NCBI GenBank assembly: GCA_041738615.1
Contig: JBGSPL010000003.1
Span: 114,352-178,351, forward strand
Length of the DNA: 64,000 bases
Reading direction: 5' to 3'
Source of the DNA: Patescibacteria group bacterium
GTDB taxonomy: Bacteria > Patescibacteriota > CPR2 > UBA1875 > CAIMLA01
Numbering within the stretch: the first letter of the stretch is position 1; each line of letters opens with the position of its first letter. Below are positions 38,452 through 49,098 of the stretch, in pieces. Under the pieces are notes generated by a model that made no database searches, was not told the DNA's origin, and was given only the letters and a program-made list of their open reading frames with translations. A program made the translations under genes and the position numbers.

Positions 38452-40258
38452 GAAGAATAAATACACAACCGTTATCGCCGTTGTGGTTGCATTACTCGTC
38501 CTCGCCGGTGTCTACACCTATCTTGGGCAAGGCACCACGCCAAAAGCAGTGAGTATTAGTGACCTAGCGGGCGAAGTCAAAGATGGTAAGGTTAGCAGCA
38601 TCGCTGTAGAGGGTACAAATGTTTTTATTACCCTCAAAGATCAAACGAAGCAGTCGTCGCAGATAGGTACTAACGAGCAAATTACCACAACCCTTAAAGA
38701 TCTAGGGGCTGACCCAAGCAAAGTAAACCTAGATATCAAGGCAAGTAGCGACAACTCTATTTGGATTACCCTACTTACTAGCGTCGTGCCGTTTATCCTG
38801 ATTATTGGATTCTTCTATTTTATGTTGAAGCAGGCCCAGGGAGGCAACAATCAGGCGATGTCCTTCGGTAAATCTGGAGCTAGACTCGCAGACAACAAGA
38901 AGGACAAGATAACCTTTGCAGACGTGGCCGGTGCCGCAGAAGCCAAACAAGAACTGCTAGAAATTGTTGATTTCCTGAAGCATCCAAAGAAATTTCTCGC
39001 TCTTGGTGCGAAGATACCAAAGGGAGTACTGCTCTTCGGTCAGCCTGGTACCGGTAAAACCCTGATGGCACGCGCCGTTGCGGGTGAGGCAGGAGTACCG
39101 TTCTTCTCTATCTCTGGTTCTGAGTTCGTAGAAATGTTTGTCGGTGTTGGTGCTTCTCGTGTCCGCGATCTTTTCGCAAAGGCCAAAAAGAACGCGCCAT
39201 GTATCATCTTCATTGACGAGATAGACGCCGTCGGTCGCCAACGTGGTACTGGTATGGGAGGCTCACACGACGAGCGTGAACAAACCCTAAACCAGATCCT
39301 TACCGAAATGGACGGCTTCGAACAAGATACCAACGTAATCGTTATGGCCGCTACCAACCGTCCCGATGTTCTAGACCCTGCCCTGCAGCGCCCGGGTCGT
39401 TTTGACCGTAAAGTAATCCTGGACATGCCTGATATCCAAGACCGCGAAGCTATTCTACTCGTGCATGCCAAGAATAAGCCTCTCGCAAAGAACGTGGACC
39501 TGAAGGTTATTGCGCGCCAAACTCCTGGTTTCTCTGGTGCCGACCTGCAAAACATTCTAAACGAAGCTGCTATCCTTGCGGCTCGCGAAAACAAAAAAGA
39601 GATCTTTGCTATCGATGTAGAGCACGCCGTGGAGAAGGTCTACCTGGGGCCAGAACGCAAGGGTGCTGGGATGAACGAGAAGGAAAAGAAGATCACCGCT
39701 TACCATGAGGCTGGACACGCTGTCGTGGGACACCTACTTGCTGGCACTGACCCAATCCACAAAATCTCCATAGTTTCCCGAGGTATGGCTCTGGGAGTTA
39801 CTTGGTCACTACCCGAGGAAGACAAGAAACTATCTAGCAAGTCCGAGCTAGAGGACGATATTGCTATGATGCTCGGCGGTCGCGCTGCAGAGAAAATCTT
39901 TTTCTCCGACGTAACGACTGGCGCTAGTAACGACATGGAACGCGCAACCAAACTGGCTCGTGAGATGGTGACTCGTTACGGCATGAGCGACATCCTGGGA
40001 AATCGTGTTTATGGACGCAAGAATGAAATGGTCTTTTTGGGACGCGAACTTGGCGAACACGACAAAGACTACTCGGAGAAAGTGGCCGCTCTTATCGACA
40101 GCGAGGTAGACAAGTTTGTCGAGGATGGCTACAAGAAGGCTACCGAGACCATAACGAAGAACAAGAAGAAACTAGAAACCGTCGCTGCCGAGCTGATCGA
40201 GAAAGAAACATTGGATGCAGACGACTTCAAAAAAATCATGGATAAGACCAAAGCCTAA
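38438..40258 (+). CDS. ftsH: ATP-dependent zinc metalloprotease FtsH
   Basis: Walker [18 protein letters not shown] zinc site. Confidence 0.95.
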   Translation: MKTVKKNKYTTVIAVVVALLVLAGVYTYLGQGTTPKAVSISDLAGEVKDGKVSSIAVEGTNVFITLKDQTKQSSQIGTNEQITTTLKDLGADPSKVNLDIKASSDNSIWITLLTSVVPFILIIGFFYFMLKQAQGGNNQAMSFGKSGARLADNKKDKITFADVAGAAEAKQELLEIVDFLKHPKKFLALGAKIPKGVLLFGQPGTGKTLMARAVAGEAGVPFFSISGSEFVEMFVGVGASRVRDLFAKAKKNAPCIIFIDEIDAVGRQRGTGMGGSHDEREQTLNQILTEMDGFEQDTNVIVMAATNRPDVLDPALQRPGRFDRKVILDMPDIQDREAILLVHAKNKPLAKNVDLKVIARQTPGFSGADLQNILNEAAILAARENKKEIFAIDVEHAVEKVYLGPERKGAGMNEKEKKITAYHEAGHAVVGHLLAGTDPIHKISIVSRGMALGVTWSLPEEDKKLSSKSELEDDIAMMLGGRAAEKIFFSDVTTGASNDMERATKLAREMVTRYGMSDILGNRVYGRKNEMVFLGRELGEHDKDYSEKVAALIDSEVDKFVEDGYKKATETITKNKKKLETVAAELIEKETLDADDFKKIMDKTKA

Positions 40259-41874
40259 TGAATCGAGTCAAGAAATTTTGGTATGACATCAGCAACAAGA
40301 AGCTGACTATCGGAAACGCAGCCCTTATTCTTGGTGGCACTGGTCTTCTCTCCAACATCCTCGGCCTCTGGCGCGAGCGCGTAATTGCGGGAACTTTCGG
40401 CGCCTCACATATGACTGACGCTTTCTATGCTTCCTTCCGCTTACCCGACATGATCTTCAACCTTCTGATACTCGGGGCGCTATCTAGCGCTTTTATCCCT
40501 GTATTTGTAGAGAAGATCACTGAGAAGAAGAAGGCAGAGGCCAACGAGCTGGCGAGCTCCTTCATAAACTTCATCACCCTTTCGGCTGGTATCTTTGCGG
40601 TAATTATATTTATCTTAGCTCCAAAGCTAGTACCTTTCCTTTTACCTGGATTCTTTAACCGTCCAGAAGCCAATATCGACATCTACAACGTAACAGTGAA
40701 CCTTACCCGTATGATGATGATCTCACCAATTCTATTTTCGATTTCTGGAGTTTTCGGCGGGATTTTAAATTCCTACAAGCGCTTTGTTGCCTACTCTATG
40801 GCACCGCTAATCTACAATCTATCAATTATCTTGGCTGCGATGTTTCTGGCCCCTCGATTCCAGACTCCAGTATATGCTCTCGCCATCGGCGTAATTATCG
40901 GCGCCCTGCTCCACGCTCTTATCCAGCTACCGTCTGTGTTATCTACTGGTTTTCGCTGGAAGCCAACCCTAAACTTCAAGGAAGGGCAGATCGGTCGCAT
41001 CATCAAGCTGATGCTCCCCCGTACTATCACTATCGGCGTAGGGCAAATCAATCTCTTTGTTGATACTATCGTGGCTTCGTTCTTTGTTGGGGGTATCACG
41101 GTACTGAACTTTGCGAACGACATTCAGACTGCGCCAACGGTTATCTTCGGCATCGCAATAGCAACTGCGATCTTCCCGGTGCTTTCTGAGGCAAAGACCA
41201 AGAACAACATGAAAGAATTCATGAAAAATTTCTCTTGGAGCGCGCGCCGCATCCTCTACTTTACAATCCCAGCGACTGTCGGCCTGATTGTGCTTCGTGC
41301 TCAGGTAGTCCGTCTGGTCTTTGGTGTCGGTAACTTTAGTTGGGACAACACCTACTGGACCACCAAGGCGCTTCTTTTCTTTGCTATTGGCCTGGTAGCT
41401 CAGGGCCTTATACCACTACTACTAAAGGCCTTCTATGCCATGCAGGATACTAAGACTCCGCTCTATATCAGTCTCTCGGTAATGGCAATAAATGCGATTC
41501 TTTCGGTTGCCTTGCCTTTTGTATCTCCACTCGGCCTAGGGGTTGCCGGTATCGCCCTAGCCTTTTCTATCGCCGGAATCGTGAATGTTATCGCCCTCTT
41601 TATCGCACTACACAACAAGGTCGGTGCACTTGACCCTGATCACAAAATATTTGAATCAACCGCCCGACTGATAGTAGCCTCCCTACTAATGGGTATTGTC
41701 GTCCACTACTCGCTTTACCTCTTTGATCCGCTCGTAAACACTCTTAGTGTAGTCGGCCTATTTGTCCAGACTATGGGCGCTATCAGTTTTGGAGTTGCTA
41801 CTTACTTCTTTTTCAGTTGGGTGTTTAAGTGCGAAGAAACAAAATTTGTTCTCGATAAACTACGTAGGCACTAA
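40258..41874 (+). CDS. murJ: Lipid II flippase MurJ
   Basis: 538 aa, 14 TM MviN/MurJ pattern. Confidence 0.9.
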   Translation: MNRVKKFWYDISNKKLTIGNAALILGGTGLLSNILGLWRERVIAGTFGASHMTDAFYASFRLPDMIFNLLILGALSSAFIPVFVEKITEKKKAEANELASSFINFITLSAGIFAVIIFILAPKLVPFLLPGFFNRPEANIDIYNVTVNLTRMMMISPILFSISGVFGGILNSYKRFVAYSMAPLIYNLSIILAAMFLAPRFQTPVYALAIGVIIGALLHALIQLPSVLSTGFRWKPTLNFKEGQIGRIIKLMLPRTITIGVGQINLFVDTIVASFFVGGITVLNFANDIQTAPTVIFGIAIATAIFPVLSEAKTKNNMKEFMKNFSWSARRILYFTIPATVGLIVLRAQVVRLVFGVGNFSWDNTYWTTKALLFFAIGLVAQGLIPLLLKAFYAMQDTKTPLYISLSVMAINAILSVALPFVSPLGLGVAGIALAFSIAGIVNVIALFIALHNKVGALDPDHKIFESTARLIVASLLMGIVVHYSLYLFDPLVNTLSVVGLFVQTMGAISFGVATYFFFSWVFKCEETKFVLDKLRRH

Positions 41875-43655
41875 TGGATCAGAGTAAAATACGTAATTTC
41901 TGCATTATTGCCCATATTGATCATGGTAAATCGACCCTCTCGGATCGCTTTCTTGAAGTCACAGGCACTATTGATAAGCGCGATATGCATGCCCAGCTTC
42001 TCGATACCATGGAACTCGAGCAGGAACGCGGTATCACCATCAAGCTGCAACCGGCAAGAATGGAATACCAGGGGCACATTCTGAACCTTATCGATACTCC
42101 CGGGCACGTGGATTTTACCTATGAAGTTTCCCGTTCACTCGCAGCCGTAGAGGGTGCCATCCTTGTTGTCGATGCCTCACAGGGAATCGAAGCGCAAACA
42201 CTCTCCAATATTTATCTAGCCCTCGAGCACAACCTCGAGATTATACCTGTACTGAATAAAATTGACCTACCCCATGCCGAACCTGAAAAGGTAGCGCAGG
42301 AGATTATCGACCTCCTCGGTGTGAAACGCGAGGAGATCATCCTGGCTTCCGGTAAAACTGGCGAGGGTGTGGCTGCCATTCTAGAACGCGTCATAGAGAA
42401 AGTTCCAGCACCCAAGGGAGACACGAAGAAACCTTTTCGCGCCCTAATCTTTGACTCGTTCTACGATACCTACAAAGGCGTCGTTGCCTACGTTCGCGTC
42501 ATTGACGGCGCCCTACCAAAGGGCCAAAAGCTCCATATGCTCGGCAGCAAATCTGGTGCCGAAAGCATCGAGATTGGCTACATTACGCCCAAATTTGTCC
42601 CAGAGAATCAGGTTAAGACTGGTGAGATCGGCTACATCGTCACTGGTCTACGCGACGTTTCGGGAGCACCTGTCGGTGATACCGTCACGCTTGCGAGCGA
42701 CAAGGAAGTCGAAATGTTACCAGGATACAAGAAGGTAAAGCCCTTCGTTTTTGCAGGTATCTACACCACCGAGGGAGATGATTATCCCCTACTTCGTGAG
42801 GCACTCGGCAAGCTGAGTCTCTCCGACTCCTCTCTGGCTTATGAACCAGAGGTTTCCAGCGCTCTCGGTTTCGGTTTCCGCTGCGGATTTCTCGGCCTGT
42901 TACATATGGACATCGTGAAGGAAAGGCTCGAACGCGAATTCAACCTGGACCTGCTGGTCACCATACCCTCTGTCGCCTACGAGATTGTCAAAACCAACAA
43001 GGAAGTTACCATTATAAACAGCCCGGCCGAGCTGCCCAACATCATGCACATTCAAGAAATACGTGAGCCATGGGTAAGGGTAGATATCGTAACGCCGAGT
43101 GATTACATCGGCGTCGTCATGGAGCTCATTACCAATAGACGCGGCATCTTCAAGACCATCGATTACCTCGAGGAGACTAGAGTGATCGTAAAATGCGAGA
43201 TGCCCCTCTCCCAGATAGTTACCGACTTCTTCGACGTACTGAAGAGCATCTCCTCTGGGTATGCCAGTATGAGCTATGAATTTATCGAATACCGCGCCGG
43301 GGATCTGGTGAAGGTAGACATCTACATTGCCGAGATAGTCGTCGATACACTTTCACTACTCGTTCACCGTAGTGAAGCTCAGACGGTAGGCAAACAAGTC
43401 GTCGAAAAGCTAAAGTCGCTAATTCCAAAACAACTCTTCAAGGTAGCCTTGCAGGCTGCGATTGGCGGTAAGATAATTGCTCGGGAGGACATCTCCGCGA
43501 TGCGCAAGGACGTCACAGCCAAACTTTATGGTGGCGATGTAACTCGTAAGAATAAGCTGCTGAACAAACAAAAAGAAGGCAAAAAAAGGATGAAAAAATT
43601 CGGGAAGGTCGAAATTCCCTCTGGTGTCTTCATGGAACTACTAAAAAAGGACTGA
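41874..43655 (+). CDS. lepA: Elongation factor 4 (LepA)
   Basis: IRNFCIIAHIDHGKSTL, LIDTPGHVDF, LepA C-terminal domain. Confidence 0.95.
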   Translation: MDQSKIRNFCIIAHIDHGKSTLSDRFLEVTGTIDKRDMHAQLLDTMELEQERGITIKLQPARMEYQGHILNLIDTPGHVDFTYEVSRSLAAVEGAILVVDASQGIEAQTLSNIYLALEHNLEIIPVLNKIDLPHAEPEKVAQEIIDLLGVKREEIILASGKTGEGVAAILERVIEKVPAPKGDTKKPFRALIFDSFYDTYKGVVAYVRVIDGALPKGQKLHMLGSKSGAESIEIGYITPKFVPENQVKTGEIGYIVTGLRDVSGAPVGDTVTLASDKEVEMLPGYKKVKPFVFAGIYTTEGDDYPLLREALGKLSLSDSSLAYEPEVSSALGFGFRCGFLGLLHMDIVKERLEREFNLDLLVTIPSVAYEIVKTNKEVTIINSPAELPNIMHIQEIREPWVRVDIVTPSDYIGVVMELITNRRGIFKTIDYLEETRVIVKCEMPLSQIVTDFFDVLKSISSGYASMSYEFIEYRAGDLVKVDIYIAEIVVDTLSLLVHRSEAQTVGKQVVEKLKSLIPKQLFKVALQAAIGGKIIAREDISAMRKDVTAKLYGGDVTRKNKLLNKQKEGKKRMKKFGKVEIPSGVFMELLKKD

Positions 43656-43684
43656 TTTCTCATGTCCTTTGTGCCGAGTACTAT

Positions 43685-44089
43685 TTAGTTTAGCCCGTGA
43701 TCGTGGAAGCAGTCGGCATAGGCCTTGTCTACTGTGATTATATGGTTGGTGAGCCAGCTCTTCATGAAGTCCATGACCTTCATCGCATATTCGTCTTCTT
43801 GCCCAACATAATTCTGCTGAAAATCTGCCACTGTGTCACGGAACTTTTGGTGAACTCCCTTGTGTGAAGCCGAGTCGGGATAGTCAAACTTGTCAAAGTA
43901 TTTCTCTTCGGTTGCAAAGTGGTAGTTCGCATAGGCCGCAAGCTGGTCTAAAATATCGCCAAGGATAATTTCTTCGCTCCCTACCTCTACCGTGTCGTAT
44001 AAATCGTTGATAAGTAAGACGAACTTTTTATGTTGCTCGTCTATCTCGGCGACTTCTACTTCATAATCTGGTAACCAATTGATGTACAT
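43685..44089 (-). CDS. Hemerythrin-like metal-binding protein
   Basis: 134 aa; H/E/D ligand spacing (IDEQHK..., HF..E, H..F, H.D). Confidence 0.7.
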   Translation of the reverse strand: MYINWLPDYEVEVAEIDEQHKKFVLLINDLYDTVEVGSEEIILGDILDQLAAYANYHFATEEKYFDKFDYPDSASHKGVHQKFRDTVADFQQNYVGQEDEYAMKVMDFMKSWLTNHIITVDKAYADCFHDHGLN

Positions 44090-44276
44090 AAATACATTTT
44101 ACAATATTTTCTACCACTAGCGCTAGTTAATATGAATAATATTGTTGAACAAATGCCGACCTCAAGCTATAATTACTGCGAAGCTATGTGCTTGGTCCCT
44201 TTACAGATCATTCGCACGGAGGGGCTGAGTACGAAAACCTATACGAATTTTCGAATCCAACTTGTTGGGAATTTTT

Positions 44277-44331
44277 TATATACCCTACCCTGCTTTTTCT
44301 GATATTCATAAAGGGAAGGGTAGGGTATATA
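44277..44331. promoter_or_regulatory. Perfect 15-bp inverted repeat TATATACCCTACCCT-N25-AGGGTAGGGTATATA upstream of island F gene F1
   Basis: Exact reverse complements; AT-rich junction at left edge of GC-rich island. Confidence 0.55.
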
Positions 44332-44437
44332 AGCGACAAGCCGAGGAGGCGAGACGGAGTTGAGAGGTGTACCGTTCTTTTATCAAGACTTGGTTTCGCC
44401 AGCCGGCGAACAGGGTCCCGGAAAGGGGGCGAAAGGT

Positions 44438-46615
44438 ATGTTCTGCGAATCCGCTGACAGTATCACGGTCGGGAAGCGTTCCTTCAGCTTGAGCTACAAG
44501 ACGAACCAAGGGATCATTGCTCTTCTGGAAGGCGCCGAAGGTCCGATGTCTCCGGGAGACAAGAAGAAAGCATACGACTTCATGGATCAGCGGCGCCAGG
44601 AACTCCTTACGCGCCTCGATGACCTCTTCTCAGAAGAGGCTTTCATGAAACTCCAAACGGAGGCTATGAGGCTTCTGCTCACCAATCCCAGCTACAAGGA
44701 GGAAAAGGCAGTAATCTGCCAGATTCTCGGCAACGAGCTCTGGACGATCTACGGCTCATTCGTCAACGGCCGCTACCCAACCCAGATACTCCAAGGACAC
44801 GACGACTCCATCGGCAAACTGGCCAAGGAAACGGAGCATCACAAGCTCGAGATGGTCTACAACCTTCTGGAGCTATGCTACGTGGTGGTCCTGCACATTG
44901 CCGGTATGCACCTGAAGACCGAAGGTGTCATGAGTGAGTGCCACTGTTGGCCTACGCTTCCTCTGAACACCTGGGTTGCAGGGGAGGTCAAAAGCCGTTG
45001 CAATGGTGTGAAGTCACTCCTGGCAAAACGTCGCTATGACCCCAAGGGTTTCCAGTCGGAGCACATTCCTAAGAGCAGCTCCAATGGAACTCGTGGACAC
45101 AAGCGCGCTGCACTTCCGCCTGCAGAGCTCCCCTACGAAGATGGGGATGACGACAGCGATGTTGTCGGCTCGCAAGAAGAAACACTCGACGGCCTCGAAC
45201 TTGAAACCGACTTTGAAGGTCATGACGACGCCGACGATGTATCACCAGCAGAACCCGAGACCGTACACGAACCTGCTGTGGTAGCGAATGTCGAGAAACC
45301 ATATCAGCTAGGTTTCGAGACGGTTCCGCAGGAGTTTCGTGACCACTTTCTGGAAGTACTGAAGTGCACCGATGGTGTCGATGGAGAGCATCCGCTCTCT
45401 ATACACCGCAAGCAGCTGAGCGAGGCGGCGCGGTCTCACCTCCCCGAAATGGGAGTAGCAGGGCTCGTGGTGCCAAACCGCACTGCTGCGCCTGAACCGT
45501 TCCGCCTGTGGTTCACTCTTGCTCCGGAGTACGAAGATCTCATTACAGAGGCTCAATCTGGATCTCTAGACCCATCCATCGAAGCCAAGGAGGCACCGAC
45601 CATGGGTAAGCGGCAACGTCCAGTGCTAGAAGTACTGGCACTGATTCCCGACGACCTGAAGACGTCCGTCGAGGACTGCCTTCGTTGCATCAAGCGACAC
45701 GAGGCTCCCTACAACATCGTGAAGGGGGACCTTGCGGAGAAGACGTTCGGAGACATTCCCAAGCTCCTTGAGCTGGGAATTCTCCGCGGGGCGGGGCAGC
45801 ACAGCCTCTCTTCCCCCTTCACCGCGCTCGTGAAGCCGTACCAAGGAGGACACCTCAAGGGCATGGTCTATACCGGGCCTGCGCAGGAGTCGTCCCCGGC
45901 ACCTGAACCGCCCAGTGTTCCCTCTGCAACGAGCGGCCCCGACGCGAAGTTCCGTCCCGGTGGCAGACGGCCACCGCAGCTGGGCATCGATTCCGTTCCC
46001 GAAACAGCTCGCGAGCTGTTTGTACGGATCATAAAGGTCGCAGAATCTCCGGACGCTATCGTCACCGGACAGCGGCGAACAGGCCTCTTCCACAAGACCG
46101 ATCTTCGGAACGCCGACGCAGCAAGGCTTGTCGAGCTTCTCGACCTAGGACTGCTGCGCTACACCCAGTCCAGCTACCAGTGGCACGTCAAGTCCGAGTA
46201 CTTCGACTTGATCCGCGAAGCCCAGCAGGGCAAGCTGGACTACATCCTCGAGGGCTCTCCGGCAGAACCGACTGGCGCACCCTCGCCCCCGAATCAGGGG
46301 TCCGAGCCCACACCGCCGGTCCCGACACCACCGGCAGGAGCGGGGATCGGGGGCAACCTGGTTCCCTGCACATCTCTTCCTGAATTCGGAGGACTCCAGT
46401 TCGGACTCACACCTGAACTGGTGCTGGTTCTCATAGGACTCAGTGACGTCCAGTTCAATGAGGAGGGCCAGCTCGTGGTCATCTCCAACAACGTCACGGA
46501 CGAGGTTGGCTGGAACGACGAGCTCGTGAGTGAGCTTCTCGCCACCGGTGCGCTACGCTGCACTGATGCGGCTCTTTGCTTCGGGCTCGTCATCGACGCC
46601 AAACTCACCCTCTAG
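44438..46615 (+). CDS. Island F gene F1: large acidic hypothetical protein with three ~85-aa internal repeats (start uncertain: TTG 44360 or ATG 44438)
   Basis: GC-rich; RBS AAAGGGGGCGAAAGGT-ATG; repeats (T/S)VP(Q/E)xxR(D/E)xF...EY(E/F)DLI(T/R)EAQ(S/Q)G(S/K)LD. Confidence 0.5.
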   Translation: MFCESADSITVGKRSFSLSYKTNQGIIALLEGAEGPMSPGDKKKAYDFMDQRRQELLTRLDDLFSEEAFMKLQTEAMRLLLTNPSYKEEKAVICQILGNELWTIYGSFVNGRYPTQILQGHDDSIGKLAKETEHHKLEMVYNLLELCYVVVLHIAGMHLKTEGVMSECHCWPTLPLNTWVAGEVKSRCNGVKSLLAKRRYDPKGFQSEHIPKSSSNGTRGHKRAALPPAELPYEDGDDDSDVVGSQEETLDGLELETDFEGHDDADDVSPAEPETVHEPAVVANVEKPYQLGFETVPQEFRDHFLEVLKCTDGVDGEHPLSIHRKQLSEAARSHLPEMGVAGLVVPNRTAAPEPFRLWFTLAPEYEDLITEAQSGSLDPSIEAKEAPTMGKRQRPVLEVLALIPDDLKTSVEDCLRCIKRHEAPYNIVKGDLAEKTFGDIPKLLELGILRGAGQHSLSSPFTALVKPYQGGHLKGMVYTGPAQESSPAPEPPSVPSATSGPDAKFRPGGRRPPQLGIDSVPETARELFVRIIKVAESPDAIVTGQRRTGLFHKTDLRNADAARLVELLDLGLLRYTQSSYQWHVKSEYFDLIREAQQGKLDYILEGSPAEPTGAPSPPNQGSEPTPPVPTPPAGAGIGGNLVPCTSLPEFGGLQFGLTPELVLVLIGLSDVQFNEEGQLVVISNNVTDEVGWNDELVSELLATGALRCTDAALCFGLVIDAKLTL

Positions 46616-46633
46616 CGCCACAGGCGCTAGAAC

Positions 46634-46690
46634 CAAGGGGCTACCTGCACAGCACTCGAGAGAGTGGCTGCCTGCTGGTAGCCCTCTTTC
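46634..46690 (+). terminator. Long-hairpin terminator copy 1 (GGGGCTACC...GGTAGCCC CTCTTTC) after F1
   Basis: ~85% identical to 47312-47367. Confidence 0.6.
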
Positions 46691-46700
46691 TTTACCTATA

Positions 46701-46736
46701 TATAGCCTTTACACGAAGGCTATATTGTGGTACAAT
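46701..46736 (+). promoter_or_regulatory. Promoter TTTACA-N17-TACAAT for F2 with overlapping 9-bp inverted repeat TATAGCCTT-N6-AAGGCTATA
   Basis: IR 46701-46724 overlaps -35 (46708-46713); -10 at 46731-46736. Confidence 0.5.
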
Positions 46737-46782
46737 ACTGCACGAAACTATGTACCTGTCAGCAACCGACCAAGGGGGATCC

Positions 46783-47304
46783 GTGAATTGCACGTTGCAA
46801 GTCGCCACCATCGTACTTCTTGCGATGCTCGAGGCAGACAAGCTGCCTATCGAGATGATTCCTGACGAGTTTGAGTACGAGATTTACCTGATTGCGCGTG
46901 AGCACGCTCTTACAACCCAGAACTACGAGTTCGCTCTCCATCTCTCCGAGAGTAGAGAGCGTTCACGCTGGATCAAGGAAACCAACGGAGACCGACTGAT
47001 AGTGATATGGGAAGCTCTCGGTTGGGTCGAGGTCGGATTCCATAGTCCGTTCTGGTCCGGCAAGAAGCGCTATGTCCTCCCGCGCCAATACCGCTCCTAC
47101 CCACCATGCGAAAAGCGTGAAATGGACGAAGCGGAGTTGGATCAAGCGCTAGAACAGGCCCGTGAGAGCCTGTCCAAGGGCTATCGCATCACGTTCTCGA
47201 GAGGCTGCTCGCGCGAAACAGCCTGGCGTTTGTTCGAAGCCGGGTTGGTATCCTGCAACCCGCCGAGACAGCCCAACATGGTTCTCGCACCTGAATGCCG
47301 CTAG
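46783..47304 (+). CDS. Island F gene F2 hypothetical protein (~173 aa from GTG 46783; alternative ATG 46753)
   Basis: RBS CAAGGGGGATCC-GTG; upstream promoter; ORF open from 46576 but that region holds F1's terminator. Confidence 0.4.
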   Translation: MNCTLQVATIVLLAMLEADKLPIEMIPDEFEYEIYLIAREHALTTQNYEFALHLSESRERSRWIKETNGDRLIVIWEALGWVEVGFHSPFWSGKKRYVLPRQYRSYPPCEKREMDEAELDQALEQARESLSKGYRITFSRGCSRETAWRLFEAGLVSCNPPRQPNMVLAPECR

Positions 47305-47311
47305 GCGGCAA

Positions 47312-47367
47312 CAAGGGGCTACCCGCACAGACTCGAAGAGAGGCTGCCTGCTGGTAGCCCCTCTTTC
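47312..47367. terminator. Long-hairpin terminator copy 2 after F2 (shared with convergent VanW gene)
   Basis: Divergent copy of 46634-46690. Confidence 0.6.
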
Positions 47368-47379
47368 GTATCTACTTAA

Positions 47380-49098
47380 TTAGTGCGGATATTTATCGGG
47401 ACTGTCATACTTGCTTGTAAACTTATCGTTGTCCGTGAGTTTACCTGCTGCATCTAAGATATGTCGGTAAAAGGTGGCTGTGAATGATTTCGGTCCGCGC
47501 GCCTCCTGCTCCGTAATGCTCGAGGTAACCTGTTCGACCGTATCAACCTGACCAGTCGCATCGGCATTACCCGAGAAAGAAACCTTACCTGGCTTCTTGG
47601 TGCCATAAAAGTCAAAGTAAACCATATTCCCCACTACGCTAGTCTGTATCAGAATATAATGGCCAGTATCGTTTTTGAACCGGAGGTCTGGAGTCGGTAG
47701 ATAAATCGTGGCATCCACGCCGTACGGTTTGTAATACACAATCGGATAGGCATGATTGTGCCTCTCTAGTATCGGCAGTCCTGCATTTAGCGCCGCACGA
47801 AAGGCAGTTGATGATACCTGGCAAAGTCCGCCTCCGTACTCTGGCACTGTTTTATCGGCAAGGATTACGAGCTCTGGCAAGTACCCAGTACTTGCCTCTA
47901 CTGGCCCTAGGATACTATTGAAGGAAACATCTTCGTCCGGCTTTATGAGGACGCCGTTGAACTTACTAGCCCCCGTCTTGTAATTGTGCTGCCGATTTAC
48001 AGGCGAGCCACTGGCATCAGTCCAACCACGAGAAATTTGCTCGGTAAGACCCAGTTCAGCCATATTTGCCTCACTTACGCTCGGGTTCTTCGCAGAGAGA
48101 GCAAGCTTTACGGCGTGAGTATCCTTTACTGCAGACTGAATGTCATTGATTAGCCTCGTAGTATCGAGCTCTTGCCCCACCACAGAGGGACTCTTTACCA
48201 CCATCTTGCCGTCTACATTGTCTAGAACCACGTTCGCTGCTGCCCTGTTTACCTTCGCAGCGACATCCTTCGCATAAGTGTAGACCATATTCTGATCTAG
48301 ATAGTAGTAGCCATCATCCTCGCGGGGCAATAATGTCGGTAGTTCTACCATTGTAGTTGCGGCTACAGGAGTGATTTTGAGCCATTTACGAAGGTTTTCG
48401 GTGCCAATCTGCTCCTCTTTACCCCCAGACACACTCACTGGGCGCTGCAATGCCTGCTGTACGCTCACTACGAGTGCTGAGGCATCGTTTGCGGTCAACA
48501 TCGGTGAGATAGGGGCAATACGAAGGTTGATAGTGCTAGCGAGCCTAGATAGGCCCTCACGGAGGGCTACACGACTCTCGGGAAGTAACAACCGCTGCCC
48601 GCTCTTCTCTGGAGCGATAATCCCATTTTCCAAGTTTGTAATCTTAGCATCTTCGGGGGCAATAGCTAGCGCATCATATCTCTCGAGAAGCGTATTGCTC
48701 ATGCCTTCGTCATTGTACGTAAGGTCCGCATTGTGACTCATACCGAGGTACTTGGAAAGCCCAAAGTACCCTCTTTCTTCGCGTGCAAGCGCCTCAACTA
48801 GGGTTTCTTCTACCTTCAGCTCCTTCACAAAGCTAGAAACAGATTTATCCTGGCCAGAAACACTAACCTCGACTGCCGAATACTGCTTCCAGCGCTGCTC
48901 GAGCAGTGTCTTCGCGTCTGCCTCGGTCTTGCCCGATACAACGACCCCTGAAATCTCGCTACCTAGTGCAAAACGGTGCTCAAAAACGATTGGTTGTAGT
49001 ATCACGAGCACCAGGTAAGCCCCAAAGGTAATACCAAAAGCGGCCACGACCCTAGGAAGTAGCCGAGATTTATCCACTTTACTAGTACCCCCTACCAT
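47380..49098 (-). CDS. VanW/YoaR family protein with N-terminal TM
   Basis: 572 aa; VanW motif PEYGGGLCQVSSTAFRAALNAG. Confidence 0.8.
   Translation of the reverse strand: MVGGTSKVDKSRLLPRVVAAFGITFGAYLVLVILQPIVFEHRFALGSEISGVVVSGKTEADAKTLLEQRWKQYSAVEVSVSGQDKSVSSFVKELKVEETLVEALAREERGYFGLSKYLGMSHNADLTYNDEGMSNTLLERYDALAIAPEDAKITNLENGIIAPEKSGQRLLLPESRVALREGLSRLASTINLRIAPISPMLTANDASALVVSVQQALQRPVSVSGGKEEQIGTENLRKWLKITPVAATTMVELPTLLPREDDGYYYLDQNMVYTYAKDVAAKVNRAAANVVLDNVDGKMVVKSPSVVGQELDTTRLINDIQSAVKDTHAVKLALSAKNPSVSEANMAELGLTEQISRGWTDASGSPVNRQHNYKTGASKFNGVLIKPDEDVSFNSILGPVEASTGYLPELVILADKTVPEYGGGLCQVSSTAFRAALNAGLPILERHNHAYPIVYYKPYGVDATIYLPTPDLRFKNDTGHYILIQTSVVGNMVYFDFYGTKKPGKVSFSGNADATGQVDTVEQVTSSITEQEARGPKSFTATFYRHILDAAGKLTDNDKFTSKYDSPDKYPH

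Noticed and set aside
44188-44457. 89-aa plus-strand ORF over the island F inverted repeat
   Set aside because: It runs through the 15-bp palindrome and the F1 5' region with no RBS, and is more likely regulatory DNA.
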